The notes: a model not told the origin generated them from the sequence alone. Positions 1 to 9,667 are shown, counted from the stretch's first letter. The stretch: DNA of 64,000 bases from an uncultured Candidatus Saccharibacteria bacterium (GCA_964432275.1 CAYSMH010000002.1:9418-73417), one strand, 5' to 3'. A program made the numbers and translations.

Positions 1-282
1 TACCAGGTATCTGTTGGCGACACTATCACTATCGAAAAGCTTGCTGGTGAACACAAAAAAGGTGACACCATCTCTTTTGACAAGGTACTTCTCGTCGACA
101 ACGGCACAGATACAACAATCGGCACTCCCTATATCGATGGCGCAAAAGTCTCTGGTGAAATCACCGTCATCGGCCGCGCTCAAAAGGTAGTTGTCCTCAA
201 ATACAAACAAAAGTCTCGCTACCAAAAGAAAAATGGTCACCGCCAGCCATACTTCAAAGTAAAGATTACTGCGATCAAATAA
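1..282 (+). CDS. rplU: 50S ribosomal protein L21 (5' truncated by window)
   Basis: Frame 1 translates YQVSVGDTITIEKL...KKNGHRQPYFKVKITAIK*; GHRQ motif of L21. Confidence 0.95.
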   Translation, partial: YQVSVGDTITIEKLAGEHKKGDTISFDKVLLVDNGTDTTIGTPYIDGAKVSGEITVIGRAQKVVVLKYKQKSRYQKKNGHRQPYFKVKITAIK

Positions 283-310
283 AAATTCCTCTCATATCGA
301 GAGGAATTTT
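282..310. terminator. Bidirectional intrinsic terminator between rplU and recR
   Basis: AAAATTCCTCTC-ATATC-GAGAGGAATTTT hairpin between convergent genes. Confidence 0.8.
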
Positions 311-915
311 TATTCTCGTTTCTTAAGCGACGCATTGAGGCTCGCTGCATCAGCATACTCGAGTTCGGCACCGGTCGAGAGACCTCGACCGAGACTTGAG
401 ATAGATATTGCATAGGGAGCAAGTGTCTCACGGACGATGGTGTCGGTATGCTCACCGTTGGGTGTAAGTGGGAAGGCAAGGATGACTTCTAGAGACCCTT
501 GAGAAATATCTTTACTATCTTTTTCTACACGAGTCTTGAGTTCAGCAAGGTTGGTGCCCGCCACAATATCTTTTTGTACAATAGCGATCAGTCCTCCAAG
601 TACAAAGAACAGTCCGTGATACTCAGTCTTGGCAAAACTATCGATATCCTGACTTTTTTCTACTACCAAGAGTTGCTGTTGGTTGCGAGTACTGTCGCGA
701 CAGATATCACACATTCCGACAGTGCCTTCATAAATACGTTTACATCGAGTACACGTGTGTGCTTGTCTGCGAGCATCGAGCAGTGCTGCTGCAAGTGATT
801 GTACGTATTGGTCTGGTTGGGTAAGTATGAAATACGCAAGACGAGCCGCTTGTCTGCGACCAATACCAGGGAATTTTAGAAATAGTTGCGCTAAGCGCTC
901 AAGTTCTCGTTGCAT
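310..915 (-). CDS. recR: Recombination protein RecR
   Basis: FPGIGRRQAARLA HhH, CxxC..CxxC zinc finger, Toprim domain, GRGLSTGAELEYAD. Confidence 0.95.
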   Translation of the reverse strand: MQRELERLAQLFLKFPGIGRRQAARLAYFILTQPDQYVQSLAAALLDARRQAHTCTRCKRIYEGTVGMCDICRDSTRNQQQLLVVEKSQDIDSFAKTEYHGLFFVLGGLIAIVQKDIVAGTNLAELKTRVEKDSKDISQGSLEVILAFPLTPNGEHTDTIVRETLAPYAISISSLGRGLSTGAELEYADAASLNASLKKRE

Positions 916-929
916 GTAGAAAGTCGTTG

Positions 930-2315
930 TTAGAAATCATCAAACGATACCTTTTTAGGGACATCAATACCTGCAGCATGAGCTTTGTCGAGCGATAAGA
1001 ACGATGTTGTTTTCGCATCAAAGTGAAGCTGTACTGACCCGACTGCACCGTTACGATGTTTTTCAATCAAAATATCGGCAATATTATCCTTTTCGTCTTT
1101 AAATCGATCTTCACGATGAATGAACATCACGAGGTCGGCATCTTGCTCGATAGATCCTGAGTCACGCAGGTCAGAGAGGCGTGGCTTGCCCCCACGAGTT
1201 TCGACCGCACGAGAGAGTTGTGAGAGCGCAAGTACTGGCACGTCGAGTTCACGAGCAAGCTGCTTGAGCGAGCGAGAGACTTCGGTGATCTGGTTGACCA
1301 TAGAATCGTAGTTTTTGGACGTTTGCATGAGCTGGAGGTAGTCGACGACGATCAGTCCAAGTCCGTGTTCACTCTTGAGACGACGTGCGACTGAGCGCAT
1401 TTTGACAATAGAGTTGCCGGCTTGATCATCGATATAAATGGGTGCCTTTTGAAGACGACTTGCTGCTTCTTGAAGCGTAGTGAAGTGCTGGTTGTTGAGT
1501 CCGTGACCTGTACGAATACTCCACGCATCGACACGACTCTCAGCAGAGAGCATACGCTGTACGAGCTGTTGCGCAGACATTTCAAGTGAGAAAATACCCA
1601 CCGGTGTACCCGAGAGTGCTACATTGCGAGCAATATCGAGCGCAAATGTTGTCTTACCCATACTCGGTCGTGCAGCGAGAATGATAAGATCAGACTTTTG
1701 CAAACCAGCCAAAAGGTTGTCGAGATCAGGGAAGCCCGTTGGTACACCACGAATCTCATCTTTGTGATCACGAAGGTGTTCAATCTGCTCAACTGTTTCA
1801 AGGAGTGATTGTTTGATCGAGACAAATGCATTTTTAGTCTGCATACTGGAGGACACTTTAAATATTGCCTTTTCTGCAGTGTCGAGAATATCAGGCGTCT
1901 CCATATCGTTTTCTTCGTAGGCAAGAGTCGCAATAGACTCAGACGCATCGATCAATGAACGGAGGATGAATTTCTTGTAGACGATATCTGCATAGTGGCG
2001 GACGTTGACGGTAGAAGGGACATTAGACATGAGTTCGTTGATGTATGTGTTGCCACCAACATCTGCAAGTTGTTTCTTTTCTTTGAGAGAGTTAGCGATC
2101 GAGAGTACGTCAATTGGTTCATTTTTCATGGATAAATCCATGATATTGCGAAAGATAATCGCATGCTTTTTCGCATAGAACATCTCGGGGATCAGTAGGT
2201 CGACAATCTCATGGATCGCAGCAGGGCGCAGCATGAGTGCACCAAGTACTGCCTGCTCACTTTCGAGGTTGTGTGGGGGGACCCGTAGATGGGCAAGACT
2301 TTGAGCCTTTTGCAT
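930..2315 (-). CDS. dnaB: Replicative DNA helicase
   Basis: PPHNLESEQAVLG, ARPSMGKT Walker A, VDYLQL, LSQLSR, DLRDSGSIEQDAD. Confidence 0.98.
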   Translation of the reverse strand: MQKAQSLAHLRVPPHNLESEQAVLGALMLRPAAIHEIVDLLIPEMFYAKKHAIIFRNIMDLSMKNEPIDVLSIANSLKEKKQLADVGGNTYINELMSNVPSTVNVRHYADIVYKKFILRSLIDASESIATLAYEENDMETPDILDTAEKAIFKVSSSMQTKNAFVSIKQSLLETVEQIEHLRDHKDEIRGVPTGFPDLDNLLAGLQKSDLIILAARPSMGKTTFALDIARNVALSGTPVGIFSLEMSAQQLVQRMLSAESRVDAWSIRTGHGLNNQHFTTLQEAASRLQKAPIYIDDQAGNSIVKMRSVARRLKSEHGLGLIVVDYLQLMQTSKNYDSMVNQITEVSRSLKQLARELDVPVLALSQLSRAVETRGGKPRLSDLRDSGSIEQDADLVMFIHREDRFKDEKDNIADILIEKHRNGAVGSVQLHFDAKTTSFLSLDKAHAAGIDVPKKVSFDDF

Positions 2316-2399
2316 AGTATTGATTGTACACTAGTGGAACACTGAGACGAAATGCACAAAAAACTACCATTTAAGCCTTATTTTTGATATATTATGCAC

Positions 2400-3380
2400 A
2401 TGTCTTCCACAACTATGGGCACAAAGAAGCGACTTATTTCTGGCGTTAAACCTACCGGTCGACCACACATTGGCAACTACTTTGGCGCGATGAAGCAGTT
2501 TGTAGAGCTCCAAGACCAGTACGATACATTGATATTTATCGCAGATCTTCACGCACTCAATTTCATCCAGAACAAACAAGAAATGCACGAGCTCTCGTAC
2601 AACCTCGTCCTCGACTATCTCGGGATGGGTCTCGATCCTGCCAAAGTCACCCTTTTCAAGCAGTCTGCAGTCCCAGCACACACACAGCTCATGTGGATAT
2701 TTGAGACACTCATCACCGTCCCTTTTATGATGCGCGCACATGCGTACAAAGACGCCGTGGCAAAAGATATCGAACCCACCATGGGACTCTTTGGCTACCC
2801 AGTACTCATGTCGGCAGACATACTCATCTATGACGCAGACGTCGTACCAGTGGGCCAAGACCAAAAGCAGCACATTGAGTATGCACGCGACATCGCAGGC
2901 AAGTTCAACAACGAGTACACCGAGCTGTTCAAACTCCCGAGTGATCTGATCTTGGACAACGTCGCAATCGTCCCCGGCACAGATGGGCAGAAAATGTCGA
3001 AAAGCTATGGCAACACCATTCCATTGTTTGGTACCGACAAGGAAATAGAAAAAGCAGTCATGAGTATCGCCACTGACTCTCGCGGACCTGACGAAGTGAA
3101 GAACCCCGACGACATGGTGCTCTACCAGATCCACAAACTTTTTGATGCTTCAGAAGAACTAAAAGCGCGATACACTCAAGGCCTCGGGTATGGCGATGCC
3201 AAGAAACTATTGATCAAAGACATCATCGCATTTGTTACTCCAATGCGTGAACGTAGAAAGAAATACGAGGATGACCCCAAACTTGTCGAAGAAATCTTAC
3301 TTCAAGGTGCAATGAAGGCAAATGAAGTGGCGATGAAGAAACTGACAAGTGTCTATGAAGCGGTAGGGTTGACAGGGTAG
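2400..3380 (+). CDS. trpS: Tryptophan--tRNA ligase (start uncertain: 2394/2400/2415)
   Basis: SGVKPTGRPHIGNY (HIGH), VPVGQDQKQH, KMSKS. Confidence 0.96.
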   Translation: MSSTTMGTKKRLISGVKPTGRPHIGNYFGAMKQFVELQDQYDTLIFIADLHALNFIQNKQEMHELSYNLVLDYLGMGLDPAKVTLFKQSAVPAHTQLMWIFETLITVPFMMRAHAYKDAVAKDIEPTMGLFGYPVLMSADILIYDADVVPVGQDQKQHIEYARDIAGKFNNEYTELFKLPSDLILDNVAIVPGTDGQKMSKSYGNTIPLFGTDKEIEKAVMSIATDSRGPDEVKNPDDMVLYQIHKLFDASEELKARYTQGLGYGDAKKLLIKDIIAFVTPMRERRKKYEDDPKLVEEILLQGAMKANEVAMKKLTSVYEAVGLTG

Positions 3381-3393
3381 CGAAATAATACAA

Positions 3394-5193
3394 ATGACTA
3401 AAACAAAAAGTTTTATAAAAAGATCGCTACATTTTTTCAGACCGTTCTGGAGGTATTTTATTATTACTGTATTACTAATCATTGTTGGTCAGGCTATTTC
3501 GACGTTTACTCCATACTTGTTTGGTAAAGGTGTAGATGCTGTTATTAACGGTAACGTACGTACCACATTTATTTTCCTGGTTGTTTCTTTTTTGCTTACT
3601 ATCTTACAGGCACAGATTATCCAATACATAAAAGAATACATTGATATTAAAAAACTCGATGTAAATATTGAAAAAGCACTTTCAGTTATTTCACTCAACC
3701 GCATGCTCCGGTTTTCTATTGGACAACACATCAACGAACACTCTGGGGTCAAACAAACAATTGTGAACAAAGGTCAAAATGCACTTATCGGTTTTGTAAA
3801 TACTTTGATATACGAAATCTTGCAGATCGGTATTCAAATATTGGTTACACTCACTATTTTGACACTCTTTGATTGGAGAGTCGGAGCAACGGCGTTTGCA
3901 TTTGTTTTACTCCATATCCTCATTTCCAATAGACGTAATAAGAACTTTTATCCCATTATTGACGCTGTGCGGAAAAAGAACCAAAGCCAGTCAAAGCTCC
4001 AATCTGAGCTCTTTCGAAACTCAACACTTGTAATCACAGAGGGACAAGAAGATAAAACTGTACAAGAATTTAATGAATCCTATACAAAAGTTACAAATTT
4101 TACTATTTCCACATGGATCAAATATATAAAGTCTTACTACGGTCAAAAATTTGTATTAATACTTGGTAGGTACGGGACACTCGCAATTGGTATTTATTTC
4201 ATTTTTATGGGCTATCATTCTGTGGGTATGTTTGTTACATTTTATTCATGGACAGGCTCAATTTTTGACAATATAAACAATCTCATGAACACACAACGAC
4301 GTACAATGTCGCAAATTGTTGAGATCAATAAATATTACGATCTTCTTGATATTATTCCTGATATCAACCCCAACATCGGCGGCAAAACTATTGCGGATCT
4401 AAAAGGTGAAATCCAATTCAAAGACGTAAGCTTCGCATATCCATACCGTCAGTCTGCAGAACAAATAGAAAATGAAGAAGAGTCAGAGGGTAACGAACTA
4501 GAGCATACGGTAGAGAACGTAAGCTTCACGATACCCGCCGGAGCAAAAGTAGGATTTGTAGGGGTATCTGGATCGGGCAAAAGTACTATCGTGAACCTCA
4601 TGCGTCGATACTACGACACCACAAGCGGAGAAATACTGATTGATGGTGAACCCCTCAAGGAACTCGATCTCCACTGGCTCCGTAGTCAGATCGGTAACGT
4701 AGAGCAAAAAATTGACCTCTTTGATCGAAGTATCAGAGACAACATATTGTTCGGACTTCCTGCTCATACAGAAATAAGCGATGAGAAGCTACAAAAAGCA
4801 GTCAAAGATGCATCACTGACCGACTTCGTCACCAAACTCAAAGACCACGGGCTCGACACAGTCATTGGTGAAGGTGGTATCAAGGTCTCTGGCGGAGAAC
4901 GACAACGTGTCGGTATTGCACGAGCTCTTGCAAAAGATCCGTGCATTCTGATATTTGACGAGGCGACATCAGCCCTCGACTCGATGAGTGAACACATCGT
5001 GCAGCAGTCGATAGACGAAGCACGGAAAGGAAAGACGGCGATCATCATTGCTCATCGTCTCTCTACAGTGAAAAACTGTGACAAGATCCTTGTGTTTCGT
5101 CACGGTATTCTCCTTGCGCAAGGTTCGCATGATGAACTCATCATGAGTTGCGAATACTATGCCGATCTCGTGGAGCATCAAATGGTTGCGTAA
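3394..5193 (+). CDS. ABC exporter, fused permease + ATPase (MsbA/ABCB-like)
   Basis: N-terminal TM segments, GVSGSGKST, VSGGERQR, FDEATSALD, IAHRLST. Confidence 0.92.
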   Translation: MTKTKSFIKRSLHFFRPFWRYFIITVLLIIVGQAISTFTPYLFGKGVDAVINGNVRTTFIFLVVSFLLTILQAQIIQYIKEYIDIKKLDVNIEKALSVISLNRMLRFSIGQHINEHSGVKQTIVNKGQNALIGFVNTLIYEILQIGIQILVTLTILTLFDWRVGATAFAFVLLHILISNRRNKNFYPIIDAVRKKNQSQSKLQSELFRNSTLVITEGQEDKTVQEFNESYTKVTNFTISTWIKYIKSYYGQKFVLILGRYGTLAIGIYFIFMGYHSVGMFVTFYSWTGSIFDNINNLMNTQRRTMSQIVEINKYYDLLDIIPDINPNIGGKTIADLKGEIQFKDVSFAYPYRQSAEQIENEEESEGNELEHTVENVSFTIPAGAKVGFVGVSGSGKSTIVNLMRRYYDTTSGEILIDGEPLKELDLHWLRSQIGNVEQKIDLFDRSIRDNILFGLPAHTEISDEKLQKAVKDASLTDFVTKLKDHGLDTVIGEGGIKVSGGERQRVGIARALAKDPCILIFDEATSALDSMSEHIVQQSIDEARKGKTAIIIAHRLSTVKNCDKILVFRHGILLAQGSHDELIMSCEYYADLVEHQMVA

Positions 5194-5211
5194 TGTACTT
5201 TTATTTAACTT

Positions 5212-5238
5212 AAAGCCCGGCAACCCCGGGCTTTTTTT
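5212..5238 (+). terminator. Intrinsic terminator
   Basis: AAAGCCCGG-CAACC-CCGGGCTTT followed by T-tract. Confidence 0.8.
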
Positions 5239-5269
5239 ATTGTCCAATTTATGGCACAATGCTGAAACT

Positions 5270-6694
5270 ATGGAACGAACATACATTGGTGATTTGGGCG
5301 CAAAGGCAGGGGAGACTGTACTGATCAAGGGCTGGATCGATGTGCGTCGCGACCAGGGGAAAATGGTCTTTTTTGACTTCAGAGACATGACCGGCACAAT
5401 CCAAGGTGTTGTGCTTCCTATGCGCCCCGAAGTGATCGAGATAGCCAAGACCTGCCGCCCAGAAACAGTGGTAGCCGTCGAAGGTATCGTCAACAAGCGC
5501 CCAGAGAGAAATGTAGTAGCTGATAAACAAAATGGGGATATTGAGCTCGAAGTAACCGGTATCACCATACTCAACCACGCAGAGCCTCTCCCGTTTGAGA
5601 TCAATGTCGACACCAAAGACGTCGGCGAAGAAACACGCCTCACTCACCGATATCTCGACCTACGATCTGCTCGCATGCAACGCAACATTCGTATGCGTGA
5701 TGCAGTGATCAAGCATGCACGAGACTTCTTGCACAATGAAAAGTTCATCGAAGTAGAAACTCCGATCCTTACAAAAAGTACTCCTGAGGGTGCGCGTGAC
5801 TATGTGGTGCCATCACGTATTTATCCTGGAGCATTTTATGCGCTGCCACAATCACCACAACAATACAAACAGCTTCTGATGAGCGGAGGTATCGAGCGAT
5901 ATTTCCAGATCGCAAAATGTATGCGCGACGAAGACGGACGCGGGGATCGTCAGCCAGAGTTTACACAACTCGACATGGAGCTTTCATTTGTGGATCGTGA
6001 AGATGTGATGAAGCTCAATGAAGCACTCCTCATCGATATCGTCACCAAGCTTTTCCCTAAGAAAAAGATCCAAGAAATCCCATTTCCACGTATCTCATAT
6101 GCAGATGCAATGGCAAAATACGGTAACGATCGTCCAGATATTCGCACCGACAAAGAAGACCCGAACCTCCTCGCATTTTGCTGGGTAGTAGACTTCCCAT
6201 TCTTTGAACGCACTGACAAAAGTGACAACCCTCAAGCAGAAGGCGAGTGGACATTTACCCACAACCCATTTTCTCGCCCAATCGAGGATCATATGGAAAA
6301 CTTGATGGAGAAAAAAGATCTCGCATCTATCCTCACTACGCAGTACGATATTTGTCTCAACGGATACGAAATCGGGGGTGGCTCTATTCGTAACCACACA
6401 TTTGAAGCTCTTGCCAAAGTATTTGAAATCCTCGGGTACAAACTAGAAGACATCGAAACAAACTTTGGTCACATGCTCACTGCATTCAAGACCGGTACTC
6501 CTCCACACGGCGGTATTGCCTGGGGTCTCGATCGCTTCTTGATGCTCCTGCTCAATGAACCAAACATCCGCGAAGTCATCGCCTTTCCAAAGACTGGAGA
6601 AGGGAAGGACCCAATGATGCAGGCACCGTCAGAAATTTCTCAGAAACAGTTAGACGAGCTCAATATTGTATTGAAAAAAATTGAGAAGAAATAA
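5270..6694 (+). CDS. aspS: Aspartate--tRNA ligase (short form lacking the GAD insertion)
   Basis: RYLDLR, TPEGARDY, ALPQSPQQYKQLLM, RQPEFTQLD, PPHGGIAWGLDR; start set at MERTYIG after the terminator. Confidence 0.95.
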   Translation: MERTYIGDLGAKAGETVLIKGWIDVRRDQGKMVFFDFRDMTGTIQGVVLPMRPEVIEIAKTCRPETVVAVEGIVNKRPERNVVADKQNGDIELEVTGITILNHAEPLPFEINVDTKDVGEETRLTHRYLDLRSARMQRNIRMRDAVIKHARDFLHNEKFIEVETPILTKSTPEGARDYVVPSRIYPGAFYALPQSPQQYKQLLMSGGIERYFQIAKCMRDEDGRGDRQPEFTQLDMELSFVDREDVMKLNEALLIDIVTKLFPKKKIQEIPFPRISYADAMAKYGNDRPDIRTDKEDPNLLAFCWVVDFPFFERTDKSDNPQAEGEWTFTHNPFSRPIEDHMENLMEKKDLASILTTQYDICLNGYEIGGGSIRNHTFEALAKVFEILGYKLEDIETNFGHMLTAFKTGTPPHGGIAWGLDRFLMLLLNEPNIREVIAFPKTGEGKDPMMQAPSEISQKQLDELNIVLKKIEKK

Positions 6695-6724
6695 AAGAAA
6701 CCCGGAATGTTCCGGGCTTTCTTC
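6695..6724. terminator. Bidirectional terminator
   Basis: CCCGGAA-TG-TTCCGGG with A/T flanks between convergent genes. Confidence 0.7.
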
Positions 6725-6727
6725 TGA

Positions 6728-7048
6728 TTAATTTTCCAATACTATTATTTTCTCTGCAACATATTTAGCGAATAATTTTTCATTCAATATTCGGTAAGTC
6801 CCTGTCATGTTTTTCATTTTCACTGTCCCATTTCTATCATAAACAGCAAGAATTTCTTTTTTAGCAACCTTCTCACTTAAAGATTTATGGCCAACAGCGA
6901 AGTGAAACAGGACGGCGTCGTCTGAGATATTACTCGGACGTCCGATAACAATGCCTGGTGTGTAATTTACATGAGCATGAGGCGAATAGAATATGTATAC
7001 ATGATCTAATGAGAACTGGAATTTCTTGGTTTTTTTGATTGTAAACAT
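6728..7048 (-). CDS. Hypothetical protein (AT-rich ORFan, ~106 aa)
   Basis: Open frame with upstream TTGACA; first ATG (7075) falls inside the promoter so MFTIKK start preferred. Confidence 0.65.
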   Translation of the reverse strand: MFTIKKTKKFQFSLDHVYIFYSPHAHVNYTPGIVIGRPSNISDDAVLFHFAVGHKSLSEKVAKKEILAVYDRNGTVKMKNMTGTYRILNEKLFAKYVAEKIIVLEN

Positions 7049-7113
7049 CTTTAAAAGTTTTGATATTTTTACCATTTTATATATAAATTGTCAATACATA
7101 ATATATGTAATGC

Positions 7114-7335
7114 AAAAAAAGCTAGCTCGTCTCTAAAGTGTAGATAGGATAGTATTCTCCATCTACGATTTGTTCATTCCCAAGGGCATATGAACACACT
7201 GAAACTACGAGGGTGATGACATCGATACTCTGTATCTATCTTCACAAAGGAATATATCCTCTCAAACCGGTGTGCTCATAATATGTAATCTTACCCAGAC
7301 TATCTCACGATAGATCTGGCACCAGCGAGCTTTTC
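7114..7335 (-). ncRNA. Candidate multi-stem structured RNA of unknown class
   Basis: At least five hairpins, closing helix GCUCG/CGAGC, GUGA tetraloop, G-U pairs on minus strand, 3' U7 tract. Confidence 0.4.
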
Positions 7336-7569
7336 TTATTCTGGTATATCTTCTTTACATTCTCTTCTGATATATCTTTTCCACTTTCGCATAGATACAT
7401 TTCTTTGCTCTGTACCCACAACTTCATACCATTGTTCCTTTTAGCCCTTTTCTGACAATCCAATACCACCGCTTATCTATAAGCATCGCCAAAGCCCCTC
7501 TTCACTATAGTGATAGGGGCCTTCTTTTTATACGTAAAAAATTAAAAAGTCTCCTTATAGTAAAAATAC

Positions 7570-8313
7570 TTATAAGGAGACTTTGATGGAATGGTCGTTT
7601 TTGAAAACTCGTGCATTTTCCCAAAAATCTTGCGGTGTATTGTGTATCCCGTTGATGAAAATATTTATGATATCAAGATCATACCCGGCTTCATCGCGGG
7701 CATAATTTGTCGATTGTCGAATGGGTTCCTGGCAAGCTTCTGGAATGAAACTTACTAATGTTTTATAGCCCATATCATTAATCAATTTCATAAAAGGGAG
7801 ATACTCACGTGCACAGCCATGTTTGAGATCGCATGCAGCAAACTCAAAGTTTTTCGTATCAAAGCGGTTGCGAAGCAACATTTCCGAGAAAAAATACTTG
7901 TTTCCATGAAAAGAATAGTTCTTTGGTGGGGTTACAAAATTTTTCTCAGTAATATTATAGTTTTCTGCAATCTTCTGAAACGAAATCGGCAGCGACTGGT
8001 TTTCCTTATAAAATTTTTCACGATAAGGATTACCAGGGGCTCCTGAAGAGTTTTTTGGAATGTGCTGCCAATCATTTACCAATATAGCAATTGAAGAATT
8101 TGGTATGCTTGCCAAATTTGCTCCTACTTTGAATGTCTCCACAGGAACAAGTCCTGCATAACTATTGGAACGTACCGCTAGAGCTTTATCTACATCAGTA
8201 ATATCCTGATAAATAGCTGGAACAATTGTTTCTCCAATTGGCATAATGGAAAAGTGACCACACATAATACAGACCGGACCATTTAATTCGGTAATGAGAT
8301 TTTCTAAGAACAT
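7570..8313 (-). CDS. Hypothetical protein, possibly Rossmann-like/nucleotidyltransferase-like
   Basis: 247-aa ORF with consensus promoter; enzyme-like motifs GHF, LVNDWQ, FSE..LRNRF, FIP..C..P. Confidence 0.75.
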   Translation of the reverse strand: MFLENLITELNGPVCIMCGHFSIMPIGETIVPAIYQDITDVDKALAVRSNSYAGLVPVETFKVGANLASIPNSSIAILVNDWQHIPKNSSGAPGNPYREKFYKENQSLPISFQKIAENYNITEKNFVTPPKNYSFHGNKYFFSEMLLRNRFDTKNFEFAACDLKHGCAREYLPFMKLINDMGYKTLVSFIPEACQEPIRQSTNYARDEAGYDLDIINIFINGIHNTPQDFWENARVFKNDHSIKVSL

Positions 8314-8336
8314 AGAGTAATAATTTATTCTTGTAC

Positions 8337-8364
8337 ATTATAACAATATAATAATAATTGTCAA
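8337..8364 (-). promoter_or_regulatory. Consensus sigma70 promoter of the 7570..8313 gene
   Basis: TTGACA-16 nt-TATAAT with extended TG on minus strand. Confidence 0.8.
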
Positions 8365-8408
8365 ATGTCTCAGTAAAATCAATATAAAAAGGTATACTAT
8401 ACCCATCC

Positions 8409-9146
8409 ATGGAACCAACCCTCCAGCAATTCCAGGTTAAACACGATACCTTTGAAGGACCGATCGAAGTCCTTTTGGAATTGATTGAAAAACGTAAACT
8501 TTTTGTCAACGACGTCTCACTGGCATCCGTCACGGATGACTTCATTTCGTACATCCAATCCAAAGGCATGCACCCTGATATGGTTGCAAACTTCTTGGCA
8601 GTCGCAGCAACACTGATATTGATCAAGGCACGATCACTTCTACCAAACCTCGAGCTCACCACAGAAGAATCTGAGTCAATCACAGATCTTGAACGACGAG
8701 TGGCACTCTATCAGATTATTTCGCACATATCAGGCGACCTGATCAAGCAGTATGGCAAAAAAGTCTCCTATGAAGGAACGGGTCTCCAAACAGGTCCTGT
8801 ATTTGCTCCAGACCCAAACCTGCACATAGAAGCACTATCCACACTTATCGATGGACTTGTCGAAAGAATGCCCAAACCTACACCTATCAAACCAGAGGCT
8901 CGAGTAACAGCTACCGTATCTATAGGAGAGGTTATCGATACACTCATAGAGCGCATCTCTCGCATGACATCGGGTACGTTTAACAGTATTCGCATGCATT
9001 CACCAGATGCCGATGATCGAAGTCAAAAAGTCTATACGATCGTATCATTTCTTGGTATGCTAGAGCTTGTCAGACGCGGTCTTTTGGCAGCTGAGCAATC
9101 AAATCAGTTTGAAGATATTCATCTTCAGCGACAACAAACCCTATGA
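8409..9146 (+). CDS. scpA: Segregation and condensation protein A
   Basis: FEGPIEVLLELI, FLAVAATLILIKARSLLP, SFLGMLELV. Confidence 0.93.
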   Translation: MEPTLQQFQVKHDTFEGPIEVLLELIEKRKLFVNDVSLASVTDDFISYIQSKGMHPDMVANFLAVAATLILIKARSLLPNLELTTEESESITDLERRVALYQIISHISGDLIKQYGKKVSYEGTGLQTGPVFAPDPNLHIEALSTLIDGLVERMPKPTPIKPEARVTATVSIGEVIDTLIERISRMTSGTFNSIRMHSPDADDRSQKVYTIVSFLGMLELVRRGLLAAEQSNQFEDIHLQRQQTL

Positions 9147-9667
9147 AAAACGCCATCGAAGCCATCCTTCTTGCAACAGGTGAACCGCAGTCATTTGCGG
9201 TCCTTGCCAAACATCTTGATACTGACGTAGATACTATCGGTACAGCGGTACAGGAACTTATCGCAAGTATGGAGGGGCACGGTATTGTGGTCACTGAACT
9301 CAACCAAGTAGTAAGTCTTGTTACTCGTAGTGACCATGCGCCAATCATCGAAAAGATTCGTAAAGATGAACTTTCAAAAGAGCTTTCTAAGGCATCTGCA
9401 GAAACACTTGCGATTATTGCATATAGCCCAGGGGTAACCAAAAGTCAGATTGAGTTTATTCGTGGGGTCAACGTCTCATATAGTTTGAGATCGCTTCAAA
9501 TGAGAGGTTTAATCGAATCTAAAGGTGTAGGGAGAAGTGTCGGATACTACCCAACATCAGACCTACTCAACCATTTTGGAGTGACATCACTTGATGGGTT
9601 GCCTGCCTATACTGAAACCAAGACAAAGCTCGACACCCTCCTTAGCAGTAGCGAACCAGCACAATGA
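9143..9667 (+). CDS. scpB: SMC-Scp complex subunit ScpB
   Basis: IEAILLATGEP, LSKASAETLAIIAY, IEFIRGVN; follows scpA with ATGA overlap. Confidence 0.93.
   Translation: MKNAIEAILLATGEPQSFAVLAKHLDTDVDTIGTAVQELIASMEGHGIVVTELNQVVSLVTRSDHAPIIEKIRKDELSKELSKASAETLAIIAYSPGVTKSQIEFIRGVNVSYSLRSLQMRGLIESKGVGRSVGYYPTSDLLNHFGVTSLDGLPAYTETKTKLDTLLSSSEPAQ

Noticed and set aside
2364-3134. Long antisense ORFs (also 4969-5643, 26134-26799, 34178-34945, 46543-47196, 49820-50464)
   Set aside because: Shadow frames of well-supported genes on the opposite strand, with no recognisable motifs
5159-5269. N-terminal extensions given by the ORF track (aspS, murG, lexA, rplI, rsmI, ftsI and others)
   Set aside because: They run through terminators, tRNA or upstream genes; family starts and -10 boxes indicate downstream ATGs
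7195-7235. Hammerhead ribozyme (TGATGA and GAAAC present)
   Set aside because: No CUGANGA core and the motifs are not arranged around stem II
9143-9667. Alternative genetic code (UGA=Gly as in Gracilibacteria/Absconditabacteria)
   Set aside because: scpA, scpB and rsmH end at TGA in ATGA overlaps and core genes are full length under code 11
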